The notes under the pieces are model-generated. The model was not told where the DNA came from, searched no databases, and worked only from the letters and a program-made list of their open reading frames with translations. Both the position numbers and the translations under genes were made by a program. Shown piece after piece: positions 38,474-53,145 of a stretch of 64,000 nucleotides of DNA. Numbering within the stretch: position 1 is the stretch's first letter; each line of letters opens with the position of its first letter. The DNA comes from Eledone cirrhosa (lineage: Eukaryota). The stretch covers positions 243,350,001 through 243,414,000 of the forward strand of contig OZ024740.1 of NCBI GenBank assembly GCA_964016885.1, written 5' to 3'.

Positions 38474-38575
38474 ATATTGTTATACTTTGGGAGGGTCATG
38501 TTGCCAATAAGAAACACACGCACTGGTGCGTGTGTTTCTTATTGGCAACATGACCCTCCCAAAGTATAACAATAT
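38474..38575. repeat. 102-bp perfect palindrome (50-bp arms, TG loop) with unpaired flank 38418-38473, in (TA)n
   Basis: ATATTGTTATACTTTGGGAGGGTCATGTTGCCAATAAGAAACACACGCAC-TG-reverse complement. The arm is similar to 63460-63530. Confidence 0.93.
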
Positions 38576-38611
38576 ATATGTATGTATATATATATATATA
38601 TATATATATAA

Positions 38612-40425
<1,814 letters not shown>

Positions 40426-43274
40426 ATATATGTAAACGATATACATGAAATTATAGAATAGTAAAGTTCACATTTTTACCCAAATAAATATGCTGACAAT
40501 AGAGATAGCTTGAAAAAATAACCTTTAAAGATCTATCTGATCTTCAGACTGTCATATGATTTCAGAATGGATATTGAAAACTAAAGTTAGCAAGGATGGA
40601 TTATGATGATGATGATAGTTATGATGATAGTGATTATGATATATGTGTGTGTAGCTATACAGATCATGTGTGTTGACCTCACTAGTGTGATTAAGTAGTG
40701 TGAGTATGACTCTATAAATTGTGGATGTTGACCCCATCAATGTGTGTGTGGCTGCAAAGATTATTGTTGACTTAACAAGTATTAGTGTAGCTCCTCAGGT
40801 TATGTATAATGCTACTCATCTTCCATATATTCTGGTATCTAATATGTTTTACATTCCAACACATGAAGCCATATTTTTGAAAACACCTCCAAAGAAAACA
40901 AATGAAAAAAATGTTGTATTGGCACTAGAGTTGTTAGCAATAATGATTTCTGATTTAGGCACACCAGCAATTTAGAGAAAGGAAAGTCAGTTATATCAAA
41001 CCCAATACTTCATCAGTACTTTGTGTTATTGACTCTGGAAGGATGGAAGTTAACCTCAGTGGAAATTGAATTTAGAATATAAAGAGCTGAAACAAATACT
41101 GCTAGGCTTTTGTCGAATGCTCTAATGACACTGTCAATCCACAATCTTCAGAATAACATGAAATAGCGTTTTGCTCAGAGACACAATATACCACTGGCAA
41201 TCAAGTTGATGACCTTATGATTATGAGCTAAACACCTTGACCACTAAGCCACAAGCCTTCACAGTGGTGGTAGTAATAATAACATATATACTAAACAGTG
41301 CTTCAGTCTCCAATCCTCTTCCCAGCCCACTACCCAGCAAAAATATCCTGCAATACTTGAGCTACCATTAGTTGGCCAAAGAAAGGTCAAAGATGTTCAG
41401 GATATAACAATTTCCACCATCTGAGACTAAGACAGCATGCTTCAAGTGGACTTTCAACATAGAAATGCAACAGTTGCTTCTTCTCTTTGCCTGAGTAGTT
41501 ACAGTTTATTGGAATGGACCACTGTCTGTTTCAATGGTGAGTGTTTTAGCTAATCAGTTAATGGAACAATTAATGGTGTACCCTACTAATCGAAATATGT
41601 GCCCACTGTCCTCCACCACTGATACTGACTCAAAGTGTTTATGTAACCCTTTAAATGCAAAACTCATTAGAGGTGGCTAGAGTAATTGCCCTGAATGACA
41701 CTCACTGAGGGAATTTTGAACACTCTCTGGCTTAAGCACCTGACCAACCATTGGCACTGCTGGTATTTCTTTCTTTACTGGCTCTTGTTATGCCCTTATC
41801 GACAATATTCTCCACAACACTGCAGAACTTGCTAAAATCAGGGCATATGAGGCTACCCATGTAGCCTGGATCCAATTTGGCATTCACCCTGTAGACATTT
41901 CCCTGATCAACACAAATAAGATGCCATCCAGGGTAACAAAACCTTGAGCAATCTTGTGTGCATGCTTGACCAGCACTGACTGGCATGTTTCAATTTCTTC
42001 CAGTGTTGGTTATATTAATTTATTAAGATAATTGATATTGTTTCTTAATTCCTGAAAGCTAGGAAAAGTCATGCAAAGTAGAATAGACACTCTCAGTCCA
42101 AAGTCTTCTTAGTTGAGGAGGTGAACGAGTTGACTGTTAGTGTCCGTGTTGCTTTGATAATTTTGAAATGGATTTCCAGAAGGTCTTTCAGCTGAGTAAT
42201 GTTTGCCAGTGAAGCTCGACCAGCAAACTTGTTTATAATGTCACTCAGAGTTGCTGAAATTACTTTGTAGACACAGTATTGCTGAAAGTTTCTTTTGCAA
42301 TAATTAAGTTCCAGGTTTGATCCTACTGTGTGACATTTTGGGCAAGTATCACTTACAATAACCTCAGGTTGACTCATACCTTGTGTGGGAAATTGGGTAG
42401 ACATAAACTGTTTGGAAGCCCCTCAGGTGGGCTGTACTTGTAATTTAAAGACCTGTCACACACTGTCATCATCACCATCATCATCATCATCACAGTTTCA
42501 TTGGTTAGACGAGTTGTCCTGTTGAGGGCAATACTAGATCAGGTGACCATGTCTTGTTCATACAGAACTGATTTTGGTTACCATATTTCCCGGCATCGAA
42601 TACACTCAAGGACGAAGTGTCTTTGGTGCCTGGAAATATGGTACATTGAATTTCCCTGAGAATTATATTAAGGTTTCACATATCTATGGAATGCTCGGTC
42701 ACTTACACGTTAATTTCATGATCAGGCTGTTCCATTACTTGATTAGCTGGAAAATTCACCATTGAAACATAGGAAACATGTAACTAACGACGCTATTGTT
42801 CACCAATGGTAATATAAAATAAATAAATAAATAAATAATACCATTTGCTTAAAAACTAATGGCGAAATCATGTTTTAAGTGTAATACATGACTGAATCAT
42901 TGGTCAGTAGTAAAAGCTTTAGCATGCCCCTACTACATAGATTTGCCTAATATTATAGACTGTTTGTTGACATTCATTCATAAATCGCTGAACTGTTTGT
43001 AGGAAAGGTCACAAATAATGTTACCAAAAATAGCTTTATTAATGTTTCAATAGAGCGTTTTATCTGTGTGTGTGTGCGTGTGTGTATCCAAGTAAGTATT
43101 TGTGTATATGCATGCATGAGAGAGTAGGTTTGTGTGTGTGTGCGTGTATGTCTATGAGAGATTGTATGTGTGTTTTGTTTTCCTGTATAGGTGTGTGTTT
43201 ATATGTGCCCATCTGTGTGTAAAGCAACAAACACACAGAGGTAGATAATTATCTACTTCTATTACATGCATATA

Positions 43275-43487
43275 CGAGGGTCAGTTGAAAAGGTCATAGG
43301 CTGAAAGGTTCATAGGCTGATGAAGATACTCTCATGGAATGACCAAATGAGGTTTATTTTTCATCAAAGTACCTGAAAGAAAGAATACAGTTATTAATAA
43401 GAAGAATTGAAATTAATGCATGGAAAAATTTCATAGCTCTAGCATAACTCCTTTATAGTTAGCCTATGAACTTTTCAACCGACCCCA
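43275..43487. mobile_element. Mariner-derived MITE (~210 bp)
   Basis: TIRs CGAGGGTCAGTTGAAAAGGTCATAGGCT / AGCCTATGAACTTTTCAACCGACCCC with TA flanks. The interior matches the reverse complement of 38165-38238. Confidence 0.8.
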
Positions 43488-44104
43488 TAGATGTATGTAT
43501 GTATGTATGTATGTATGTATGTATGTATGTATGTATGTATGTCTATGGAATGCTCGGGTTGTTGGCGACTAAACTGGCAACCCCACCAAGGTTTCTTGGT
43601 GAGGAGGGTGACTTTGGACATCCTGAAGGACTAAAAACAAAACCTGTCAAAGGGCAAAGGAGCTCTTAAGAGTCAATGGCCATCCAAAATCACCGGGAGA
43701 GATGACCCCTTAGCCTTTGTCAAGGCAGAATTCTAGGAGAAGGAAAACTCTGATATAACACCTGCAACCCTGATGGTATCCAATGATGTTGACTTCTTCT
43801 TCTTTTTGGTAAATATCATCTTGGTCAAGAGAGTGGGACTGGCTTTGTGCAGTGCCTTTGCTCACTATAAAAGCTTCACGGCACAGGCATTGCTTTATAT
43901 CTGGAGATCTCTCTGCCCTTGTCGTCACATGGTACCATGGGCCCAGCACTATGTCTCGGTAATTGTCACAAATGTAGTGTTTGAACCAGAGTTTTCAAGT
44001 CGCTGGCTAGACTAAAAAGTCACACTTGTTCAGCGCATCGGTAGGGGTTCTCCTACATGGATATAAAGTAGTGGCCGTACTCGAAAACGAGTTGGCAGCC
44101 ACCA

Positions 44105-44280
44105 TGTATGTATGTATGTATGTATGTATGTATGTATGTATGTATGTATGTATGTATGTATGTATGTATCCATGCATATATGTGTATGTGTGTATGTATG
44201 TATGTATGCATGTATGTATGTATGTATGCATGTAGGTATGTGCGTATGTATGTATGTATGAATGTATGTATATATGTATG
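44105..44280. repeat. (TATG)n microsatellite (another at 43492-43541)
   Basis: Directly visible. Confidence 0.95.
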
Positions 44281-44428
44281 CAATCCTAAGCTGGTGTGCC
44301 AATATTAATAACAAAATTGACACAACCTGCTGTGTATATTCTTGAATCCTCAGAATGATGCCCTTATCCTTCTTTTCTTTACTTTTACTCAATCTCACCT
44401 TGAATACTGTTGCCTAGCTCTGGATTAA

Positions 44429-44637
44429 CCCTTTAGCATTTACATTACTCTATATTTACTATAGTATTTTCGTGGTAAACACTTTACCTCACATAATTAT
44501 CTCACATAATATCGAATCTATAAGATTTTTATATTATTTATTTTGAGAAATGCCTTAACATCAGTATGAGCGGCCAGTTTGAACAGAAAGAGGTGAGAGA
44601 ATTCTGGCCAGATATGGCCGGTTTAAATGCTAAAGGG
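44429..44637. mobile_element. piggyBac-type MITE
   Basis: TTAA|CCCTTTAGCATTTA ... TAAATGCTAAAGGG|TTAA: TIRs with a TTAA TSD. Confidence 0.8.
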
Positions 44638-45261
44638 TTAAGCGTTAAGTAAAATAATCACATGCTTCAAGTAAAGAGGGGCCCTGTAGAGTAATTTTCT
44701 TGTACAGTATATTGTAGTTTGTTCCATATACAGTATATGGAAGTACCATAATCTTTTAAGTGTTCAGGGCCTCTTGTAGTCAGATCCTGCTGTTGCCTGC
44801 CATGATGTTTCCATAGAAAGCAAAATTTTATGTAAATTAAAGCATCCCAGAGGTCAATTACCAAAGAAATAAATAGCATTACAGATCATGATCACTAGGA
44901 TCAGCTTCAGAAATTCAAACTCAATTCTCTCCATTGCCACCATGAACACTATATCCTTTGTATGATGTAGAAAACATTCCATCGATATTGCCCAAATGAT
45001 GCTGGCATCAACTTTATAAGTCATGCAAGTATTGGTTTCTATGCAAATACGCCCACTACAAAAATGAAGCTTGCAACACATATTAACATTATAACAAAAC
45101 TGTTCCACCTCAACAACCCCCTACTCTCTTTAACATCACACTGAAACAAATCAGAGAAGAAAAAGATCCCATAACCTTCAAACAGATCTTGTTGTAACAG
45201 CATGCAAAAAAGTGAGTACATTTTGCATGTTGTTACATTTTTTCATATGATATGAGTCTAA

Positions 45262-45701
45262 TCTCCTTATAATATATAACCAGCAATTTCTCTGTCTGTC
45301 TGTCCGACAGTGGAAACACGTGCGCGCATGCGAATGTTTTTTGTGCATGCGTAGAGAGAGAGTGAGAGTGAAAGAAAGAGACAGACTACGAGAGGGGGAT
45401 AGCGGGAGGGAGAGAGGGGGGAATTGAGGAGTGCTACAGAAACATATATACATTTCTGTGTGTGTGTAATATATATATATATATACACACACAGAAATAT
45501 ATATATATACACACAGAAATATATATACATTTCTGTGTGTGTAATATATATATATATATATACACACAGAAATATATATACATTTCTGTGTGCGCAATAT
45601 ATATATATATATATACACACACAGAAATATATATACATTTCTGTGTGTGTAATATATATATATACTAGCAGAAAACCGCCCACCGGATGGTTTTCTGCTA
45701 G
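45262..45701 (+). mobile_element. Probable non-autonomous Helitron with internal palindromic tandem repeats
   Basis: Starts TCT..TATAATA...(TCTG)n and ends in a hairpin plus CTAG at 45701. Repeats of CACACAGAAATATATATACATTTCTGTGTG at 45437-45660. Confidence 0.5.
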
Positions 45702-45952
45702 TCTATATATATAAAACTGAGGATGTCTGTCTGTGTGTGTGTGAGTTTGAAACCCTAAAACTCGAGAACCACCCGACCAACTGTTTGAAAGAAATTTCAA
45801 ATTTTCAATGCCCTAAGGCATTAGGCGATTTAGCGATATCTCTCTATAATTCTTAGTCTTTCTCTTTTTAGATAGATACATACATATAACGTCCGCCTTT
45901 ATAATATCTGTCTGTATGTCTGACTGTCTGCATTACGTCACTTCCCTGAGGA

Positions 45953-45988
<36 letters not shown>

Positions 45989-46561
45989 TGAGTTTGAATC
46001 CCTAAAATTCAAGAAGTACCCAACCGACTTTTTTAAAACTTTACATGTGTATTACTTATGTTTCAGGGAGTGTTATGCACATTCAATTCAACTTTTTGAA
46101 CCCCTAGGGCCCGCATTAATTGAAAAACTGCGTTTTTTTCAGGTTTTTAGGGGTGTTTTGAAGCGTTACGTCAGACTGATTTCCTTGAAATTGTAACTAT
46201 GTATTAGTCAGTCTCTTCTTCATACCGTGAGCAAGGAAAATCCAACTTTTTTATGGCCTAGGGCCCGCATTAGGTGAAAAACTTCCTTTTTTCAGCTTTT
46301 TAGGGCTTTTTTGAGGCGTTACGTCTAGCTGATTTTCCTGCAATTTCAAGGTATATTATGCACATAAAAAAAATCCATTTTCTTGATCCCCTGTTTTTTC
46401 CTGCTTCATCGAGGAAAATCTTAAAGATTATCCAGCCATCAGAGTATTCGGTTTATTTTCTTTACATATTGTCCACGCATGCAGTTTTTCCACGGTTATG
46501 TCTGTTGGCGGCCCGCGTTCCAAAATGCCTTATCCCGTACAATGCCGGGTACCACTGCTAG
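45702..46561 (+). mobile_element. Non-autonomous Helitron-like element
   Basis: 5' TCTATATATATAAAA; 3' CCCGTACAATGCCGGG hairpin followed by CTAG|T; internal ~95-bp direct repeats at ~46101 and ~46256. Confidence 0.7.
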
Positions 46562-46619
46562 TCTATAATATGAAATTACTGTTTGCATGTTTTTATGTTG
46601 ATGCTTATGGCAATATTTG

Positions 46620-47159
46620 TATTCCTGAAGATATGTCGACTGGTGGACTAATGCCCAAAATATATTGATGTATGGCCCGCCGTTATACATTGAAATGTAT
46701 GTAGATTAAAATTATGTTATAAGTCCCTGGGCATGGATACATTGAAGCTCTGACCTCTGGCAACTGACTTGGTAAACACCCACAAAATTATTAACCATCT
46801 TGCCAACAACAACCCTGAGCACCTTTTTGATTTCCAGGCATCTAACACACGTGGACATGCCTACAAAGTCAGAAAACAGCACAGCTCCCATGACTTTCGG
46901 AAACATTTTTTCACGCTCAGAGTTGGAACAAACTACCTGCATCAGTTGTTAGCTGTCGAGACACTGTATCCTTTCAAACTTCCATGCTTTCTGAGATTCA
47001 CCAACACTACACCTTATGTCCCCGCCCCTCCATATACATGCACACATGTATTTCATGACTCATACATTGTTCATTTTCCTGACATTTGAACTTTATTCTA
47101 TGTACTATATATTCACCTTTGATGAGTTGTAGTGCACCTGAGCACTGTACACAATAATT

Positions 47160-47216
<57 letters not shown>
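46620..47216 (+). mobile_element. CR1-like LINE 3' fragment with (TTA)n tail
   Basis: DLVNTHKII...SNTRGHAYKVRKQH...RKHFFTLRV, the CR1 C-terminal TRGH..K..FF..RV motif. (TTA)n at 47162-47216. Confidence 0.72.
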
Positions 47217-47217
<1 letters not shown>

Positions 47218-47446
47218 GTCTAAATTGGTTATTTGCTCTCAATTTATTAAATTTTGAGCTCTGAAGTCTGTTCTATAACAGTCTATAACAATCTACAGAG
47301 GCTAAAAACTCCCTCAGCCTTTTTTGGTTACTGCTGGACCAAGGATACTGATTAGCATTGAGCTTCTATAATCTTTACCAGGATATATATTGGTAAACTC
47401 AAATATACCCCCGCCCACACACATGTATATATATATCATCATCATT

Positions 47447-48298
47447 TTACGTCCGCTTTTCCTTGCTTGCAAGGGTTGGATGGGTCCTATTCAGCACAGC
47501 ATCTCTCCACTTGTCATGGTCCTTCGTCATCTCTTCCGTGAGTTTCAGCGATCTGAGGTCTGCTCTCATCACCTCTCCCCATGTTTTTCGTGGTCTAGCT
47601 CTACTGCATCTTCCTTCTACTAGGATTTCTTGGCACTTCTTTACCCAGTGGTCATCCTCCATGCGCATCACATGTCCATACCATCTCAGCCTTCTCTCCT
47701 GCACACCACAACTTATCCCTCTTATACCCAGTTTCTTTCTCAACTCGTCTATGCTTGGTCGTTCACGCACATTGACATTGCACATCCAACAGAGCATACT
47801 TGCTTCATTTCTCTCCAGCCGTCGCATATCCTCTGCAGTTGCTGCCCGTGTCTCACTACCATTCAGCAACACGCATCTCACACAGGCATCATATAACCGT
47901 CCTTTTGAACGCAGGGAGAAACTCTTCTTTGTCAACAGAGGAAGCAGCTCCCTAAACTTCTTCCAACCCGTCCTTATTCTAGATACTATGGCCTCAGAAC
48001 ACCCTCCTCCCATGCTAATCTGATCACCGGATAGGTACCGGAAGCTATCAACCACTTCTATAGAACCCACCTACATTGGAAAAATGTGTCTATCAATGCG
48101 ACTTCTGTCTAATTTCCCTGTACATCTACTGCATACATAGTTTTCCATACCTGTTAGTTTGCCTGCTATCCCACTACATCTCTTGTGTACCAAAGATCTG
48201 CATTATGTACATTCTATAGAATTTATACCAGTTCCTTTTCTACATATCGAACATGGCCATTTCTCTGATGGAATTAGAGTATTGTCCTCTCTTCTACT
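47447..48298 (-). mobile_element. RTE-type LINE fragment with PHD-like finger (same family as 1513-2780)
   Basis: WPCSICRKG..NSIEC.*C..LVHKRCSG...YVCSRC, then IEVVDSFRYL...ERRLRWYGHVMR...RPRKTW. Confidence 0.88.
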
Positions 48299-48299
48299 T

Positions 48300-49430
48300 A
48301 TATGGGAAAGTAAAAAACAAGAACACAGGAGTACAAGTTACGAAAGGTATTAGGTTCACGCTTATTAAGAGTGGGGGGTGGGGGTGCGACGTTTGGGCAT
48401 AAGTCCTTCATCAGGAGAGTGGTGGGAAGGAGGAGGAGGAGGAAGTAGAAAAAAACTAAAACTAAAAATAACACATGAGCTGGAAAATAAAAGTTAAAAA
48501 CAAGTGGTGAAAAGATGTGAGGCCTGTAGGGGTGGTGGGTGGATAAACGGGGAGGGGGGGGGGAGAAAGGGGTCCGAGCGGGAAGGACGAAAGGTGGTGT
48601 GTGTGTGTAGCTGTACGTGTGTGCGTGCATGCGTGGATGTAAGTGTGAGAGTCTGAGGGGGTTGCATGCTTGGGTTTTGGAAAACCATTGTGTATGTTGG
48701 AGTGGAGTGGAGTGAACTACATTCCACGGGCTCAGGCCTGCCTTGGGCCTGGCACAATGGCACATTTCTTTTGTAACCCTTTTATGTTTAACTACAATCA
48801 TACAATTTAACAAACATTACTTTGTGCTACAACAAAATTAAACATACAATTTCATCTCACGAACATTCTTCTTGTTGACGTTATTATCAAGTTACACGTT
48901 TGTCGATATGACTAACATATACTTCTACCAAACTGATTACTCGTGGCGCTACTAACCATAACACACTTATTATCTGCTAAAGAGTGTAGGCCTGTGTATG
49001 TGTGTGTGTGGATAGGGTGGGGGAGAGCGCGCGGAACCCGGAGGCGGAGTGGGTGTATGTGAAGATACACACGTGCGTGTGTGTGTTTATGTGTGGTGCG
49101 GATGCGTGGGAGTGTATGGTTGCATGTGTCCGAAAATAGTGTAAGTGTTTGTGTGTGTTTGTGTCCCTGACTGGTTTTCCGGTGTGTGGGTAGAAGGATG
49201 GCGAGGATCCGGGTGGTTCTCTTCTTAGATATCCGAATGTGTGATCAGAGTGATAAGGTCCGAGGAATTGGTGAGGAAGAAGTAGTTAGTGGTGGTAGTA
49301 GGGTGTGTGAATAGTGTGAGTGTATGTATATACTGGTGTGTGTGCGTGTTGAGGGTGTGGGTGCGTGTGTGGTAAGGAGAATCTGTAGATGAGGTTGGAC
49401 TGCGTGTACGCGGGTGAGGGTGGCGTAGAC
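48300..49430 (-). mobile_element. Penelope-like remnant related to 38612-39988 (degenerate hammerhead at 48388-48414)
   Basis: Minus strand CTGATGA-A-GGAC(TTAT)GCCC-AAACGTC. Shared GT-rich blocks, e.g. GGGGT..CCGAGCGGG..GG..GAAGGTGGTGTGTGTG at 38990 and 48570. Confidence 0.65.
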
Positions 49431-49439
49431 ATATATATG

Positions 49440-49912
49440 CATTAAAACAACAACAGAAGGCCAGACAGGGAAATTTACTTTAGAATTAAATGATAATACA
49501 ACATTCAGGGGTTGTCTGCCATCGTTATAACACCAAATTAGCAGGCTGTCCCTGAATCGAATCAGTCCTTTATTTTCTTTTCCATTTCTATTTTCCCTAT
49601 CTTCCACCATATGTTTGTGTTCAATATACTCCTGTTATATAATTCAGCAAATAACACCTGATGAAATCATCTAGTCTTGCACCATAATCAGATGATATGG
49701 TTAGCCATCGAAATAGGTATAGTGCTTGCGCAAAATTAAAATTCTAAAGTAAATTTTCCAGTCCAGCCCTCTGTTGTTTTAATTAATAATTAACTCCGTT
49801 CCCGCACCAGCCATTGGATAGCACCTCTACGATGAATGCTTTAATTAATGTATTGCATCATTGCAACCCAAACCACCAGTTCCACCCATTGGTAAACAGC
49901 CTAACATAAATG
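49440..49912 (+). mobile_element. Penelope-like 3' end with hammerhead motif and inverted 5' piece
   Basis: 49441-49487 is inverted versus 49740-49783. LNDNTTFRGCL/HRYNTKL (1-bp frameshift) resembles the PLE LN...C.HR..L terminus. CTGATGA...CGAAATAGGTA at 49658-49719. Confidence 0.6.
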
Positions 49913-49929
49913 GAATATATATATATATA

Positions 49930-50716
49930 TTAAGGAAAAAGAGCAAAGGAACTTTTATGACATTATAACAAGTTTATTGCCGACAGCCGTTTCATCCGAC
50001 CATATGGTGGAACTTTTCAAGGCATATAACAGGTGATTGTAAGTTCATTATTTTCATGAACGTTTCACTCAAGATTAGCAGTTTGAAATCGTGGCATACA
50101 TCAACAGCTCAGCTTGTTTATCTGGGGTCTATATTCTAAGGGGGCTCTTTTATAATAGTTGTAGGAGTTGTAAAAGGGATGGGTTAGAGGGAATTAATTT
50201 GAAAAGGGCCTAAAAGTTAGGGATTGAAGGTTAAAAATTAAAGAATTTATAAGTTACGCATTAAAAGTAAAAGATTTGGGATCCCTTAAAAGCACCTTAA
50301 AAAACACCCCAATAAGCGCATAAAGTTTATAAGCCCTAATAAACCTAAAAAACCAGAAGAGATTAAGAGAATAAAAAAATAAAAAGTTTCCTAAAAAATT
50401 CCTTCAAAAAAAAATATTTTTCTAAAAAATTTCCTTAAAAAAATTTAAGAAAATTTACAAAGATTTAATAATCCCTACGAAAGTTCTAAACTTAAAAATT
50501 AAAAATTAGGGAAAAAAAATACTTTCAAAAAGATTTAAGAGGTTAATAAAGTTAATGATTTAGGGAATCCATAATATAAAGATTAAGATTTAAGTTAGGA
50601 TTTGAAATTTAAGAGTTCCAAACCCAGAAATTTAAAAATTTAATGAATTTAAGATTAAGAAATCTTATATATCCAAGATTAAAAATTAAAGATTGAGAGG
50701 CTGAACATTAAATTCA
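49930..50716 (-). mobile_element. Penelope-like remnant with variant hammerhead and T-rich body
   Basis: Minus strand 50024->49978: TGCC-TTGAAAA-GTTCC(ACCATATGGT)CGGAT-GAAAC-GGCT-GTC-GGCA followed by AATAAA; stem I TGCC/GGCA pairs. Confidence 0.6.
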
Positions 50717-51119
50717 TATATATATATAGTGTGTATCCCCAAAATGTATCCACACTTTGATTACCTGTACAGGCAATATTTATTAGAATACACAGCCTTT
50801 CCAAAAAATAAAATGATCTATAGGCAATTCAATTGTATGAAAACACCAAAATATGTTTACATATTTTAAGTGATGCATATAAAACAATTTATTTTAACAA
50901 AATTTAAAAAGAATTTGTGTATTTTAACAAAATTTAAAAAGAATATGTATATGTATATATATATATAAAACACTCTACCCTTCACCAGCTAAGTACCCCC
51001 ACCCTAGACTTCCCTCCCCAATCTCCACCGTCCACATCTGATCATCTCCTTTGACCAACAAGCTTGGAAAGATGAATACACTCTCCTACAATGCTACTGA
51101 AGTGATTATAGCTAATAGC

Positions 51120-51625
51120 TCTAAGTCCACTCTGTAAGGTGGTCATGCTATGACACAACAAAAACCTCTAGTCCACCCTGTAAGGTGGTCATGTTGGTGA
51201 CACAACAGAAGGCCACCAGCTCACTCAGTAAAGTAAGCATGTTGATGGCACATCAGAAGGCACCTGGCTAGTCTTAGAGTGTAGGTGGGTTGGTGACAGA
51301 AAAACACCCAAACCACCATGTAGTGTGGTCATGTTAATAACAAGACAATAAATGCCCAGCTCTCCCTGTAAAGTGGTCATGATGGAGTCACGGCAAAAGC
51401 ACCCAGTCCAACTTCTAAAGGGTCTTGATGGACAAAAAGTGGTTGTTTTGGTGCCAAGCACCCAGTCCACACTATAAAGTGGGTGTTCTGGTTCTATGAC
51501 AAAAAGTGCCCATCCACACTGTAAAGTGGTCATGTAGGTGTCACGACAAAAAGCACCCAGTCCACACTGTCAAGTGGTCGTTTTGGTGTCATGATAAAAG
51601 GAATCCAGTTTACTCTGTAAATGTG
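51120..51625 (+). repeat. Tandem ~55-60-bp degenerate repeats (AGTCCACACTGTAAAGTGGTCATG...AAAAGCACCC) inside a family B element
   Basis: About 9 units visible before the AGGAAGGGCATCCAGCC core. Confidence 0.75.
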
Positions 51626-53145
51626 GTTTGTGTTAGGAAGGGCATCCAGCCATAGAAACCAAACCAGAAACAGTTCTGTATGAGCAAGACATGGTCATCT
51701 TACTTGATATGACTCACAATGGGACAACTCATCTAACCCATGCTAGCGTGGAAAAATGGACATTAACTGATGATCATCATCATCATGATGATAGAGAGAG
51801 AGGGAAAGAGAACATGTCAACTTGTTTAACCCATGCAAGCATGGAAAATAGGCATGAAATGGTAATGATGATATATGAAGGCAAAGAAAGGCTGTCAAGT
51901 ATAGTTGCTGAAATGCTAAAAATATCTGGCAAAGTTGGACACATGTTAGTTTGCTAAAGAAGCATGGAAACATGGTGGTGATGGTGGTGGTGGTGATGAT
52001 GATGATGTTGATGATGAGGAAGAGGAGGGTGAAGAAAAGGAGAGGGAGTTGGAATCTATTTTCGTTACATAGAACTGAGTTCTTATCTCTTAAACATCTT
52101 AGTTCATCTCAAAACATTTCTATCCAAATATTTGTTGAGTTACAAAAGATTAAAATATGTATTTTTCTGAACGTTTTAACCCCTTTCGTGACCACATCTT
52201 CAATGAAATACACAATGTGTTTCAATTGATTTTGAAAATAATCACAAACTTCAGTACTATGTATAAATAACTTTTAAATTATTAAGCTGGGGTTTGTAGC
52301 ATGTCTTAAAAGATTCTGACATAGGATTGTGAGTTTTGTTATCAATTCTTTCCATCCTGCTTTGGAAATAATGCTTCAACTTTTCAGTGCCATTCAGACT
52401 GATCTTTATCGATCCAGAAAAGATAAAATGCAAGGTTGACTTGAGTAGGATTTGAACACAAAGTGCAGAGAACTGGAATAAAATATATTTAAAGCAAAGA
52501 CACTTAACACTGGGAAATCATCCTTCAATGATTTGATGCCACTCAGTCTGGTTTGAAGCAACTCTTTGTGCTAGCAAAATAAGCACATGCTTAGGGCATC
52601 AAGATAAGAGGGGCACCATTTTATTTAAATTGAATGTATTTGTCATTCCCCTCCAAATTTTTGGCAGACTGTAAGTGTTTAGGGTCTCAAAAGGACTTAA
52701 TTTGACCCTGTCTCTGTAATAATACATTTTTCTCAGCTTGCCTTCATAAGTTTTGCACTAGTTGTTCTTTGTCCCTTCAGGTTTACACCTTCTTGGTGGT
52801 ATCCATCTAGATGCTGCTTTCAATTTTTAGTGTGTGGCCTAGCTACCAAAGCCATTAATATTTCATTTCAAGGACCACATAATTGCAACCAATTTTGCTT
52901 TATAACTCATCATTTGACAGTTTGTTAGGTTAAAACAGGTATCACAAACTCAAGAACTCAAAAGGGCCATTACATCCTGGGGGAGATGAGATGGTTGGGT
53001 ATGATTTCTACCAGTTATAATAATTATCTGCTATACAGCTGATAGGCAGTTCTTTATTTTTTTTTCTTATCAAAACGAAAATGCATATGATATACAGAAA
53101 GTGAGATATATGAATTAGTAGAAACTGTAGCGGTTTAGCAGGGTA

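Noticed and set aside
41330-42404. Short ORFs (41732-41986, 42093-42404) as possible host exons
   Set aside because: No recognisable domain and no consistent splice-phase partners; partly degenerate repeat.
43550-44104. GC-richer segment between two (TATG)n tracts, possibly a LINE 5' UTR remnant
   Set aside because: No recognisable protein motif or termini; cannot be classified from sequence alone.
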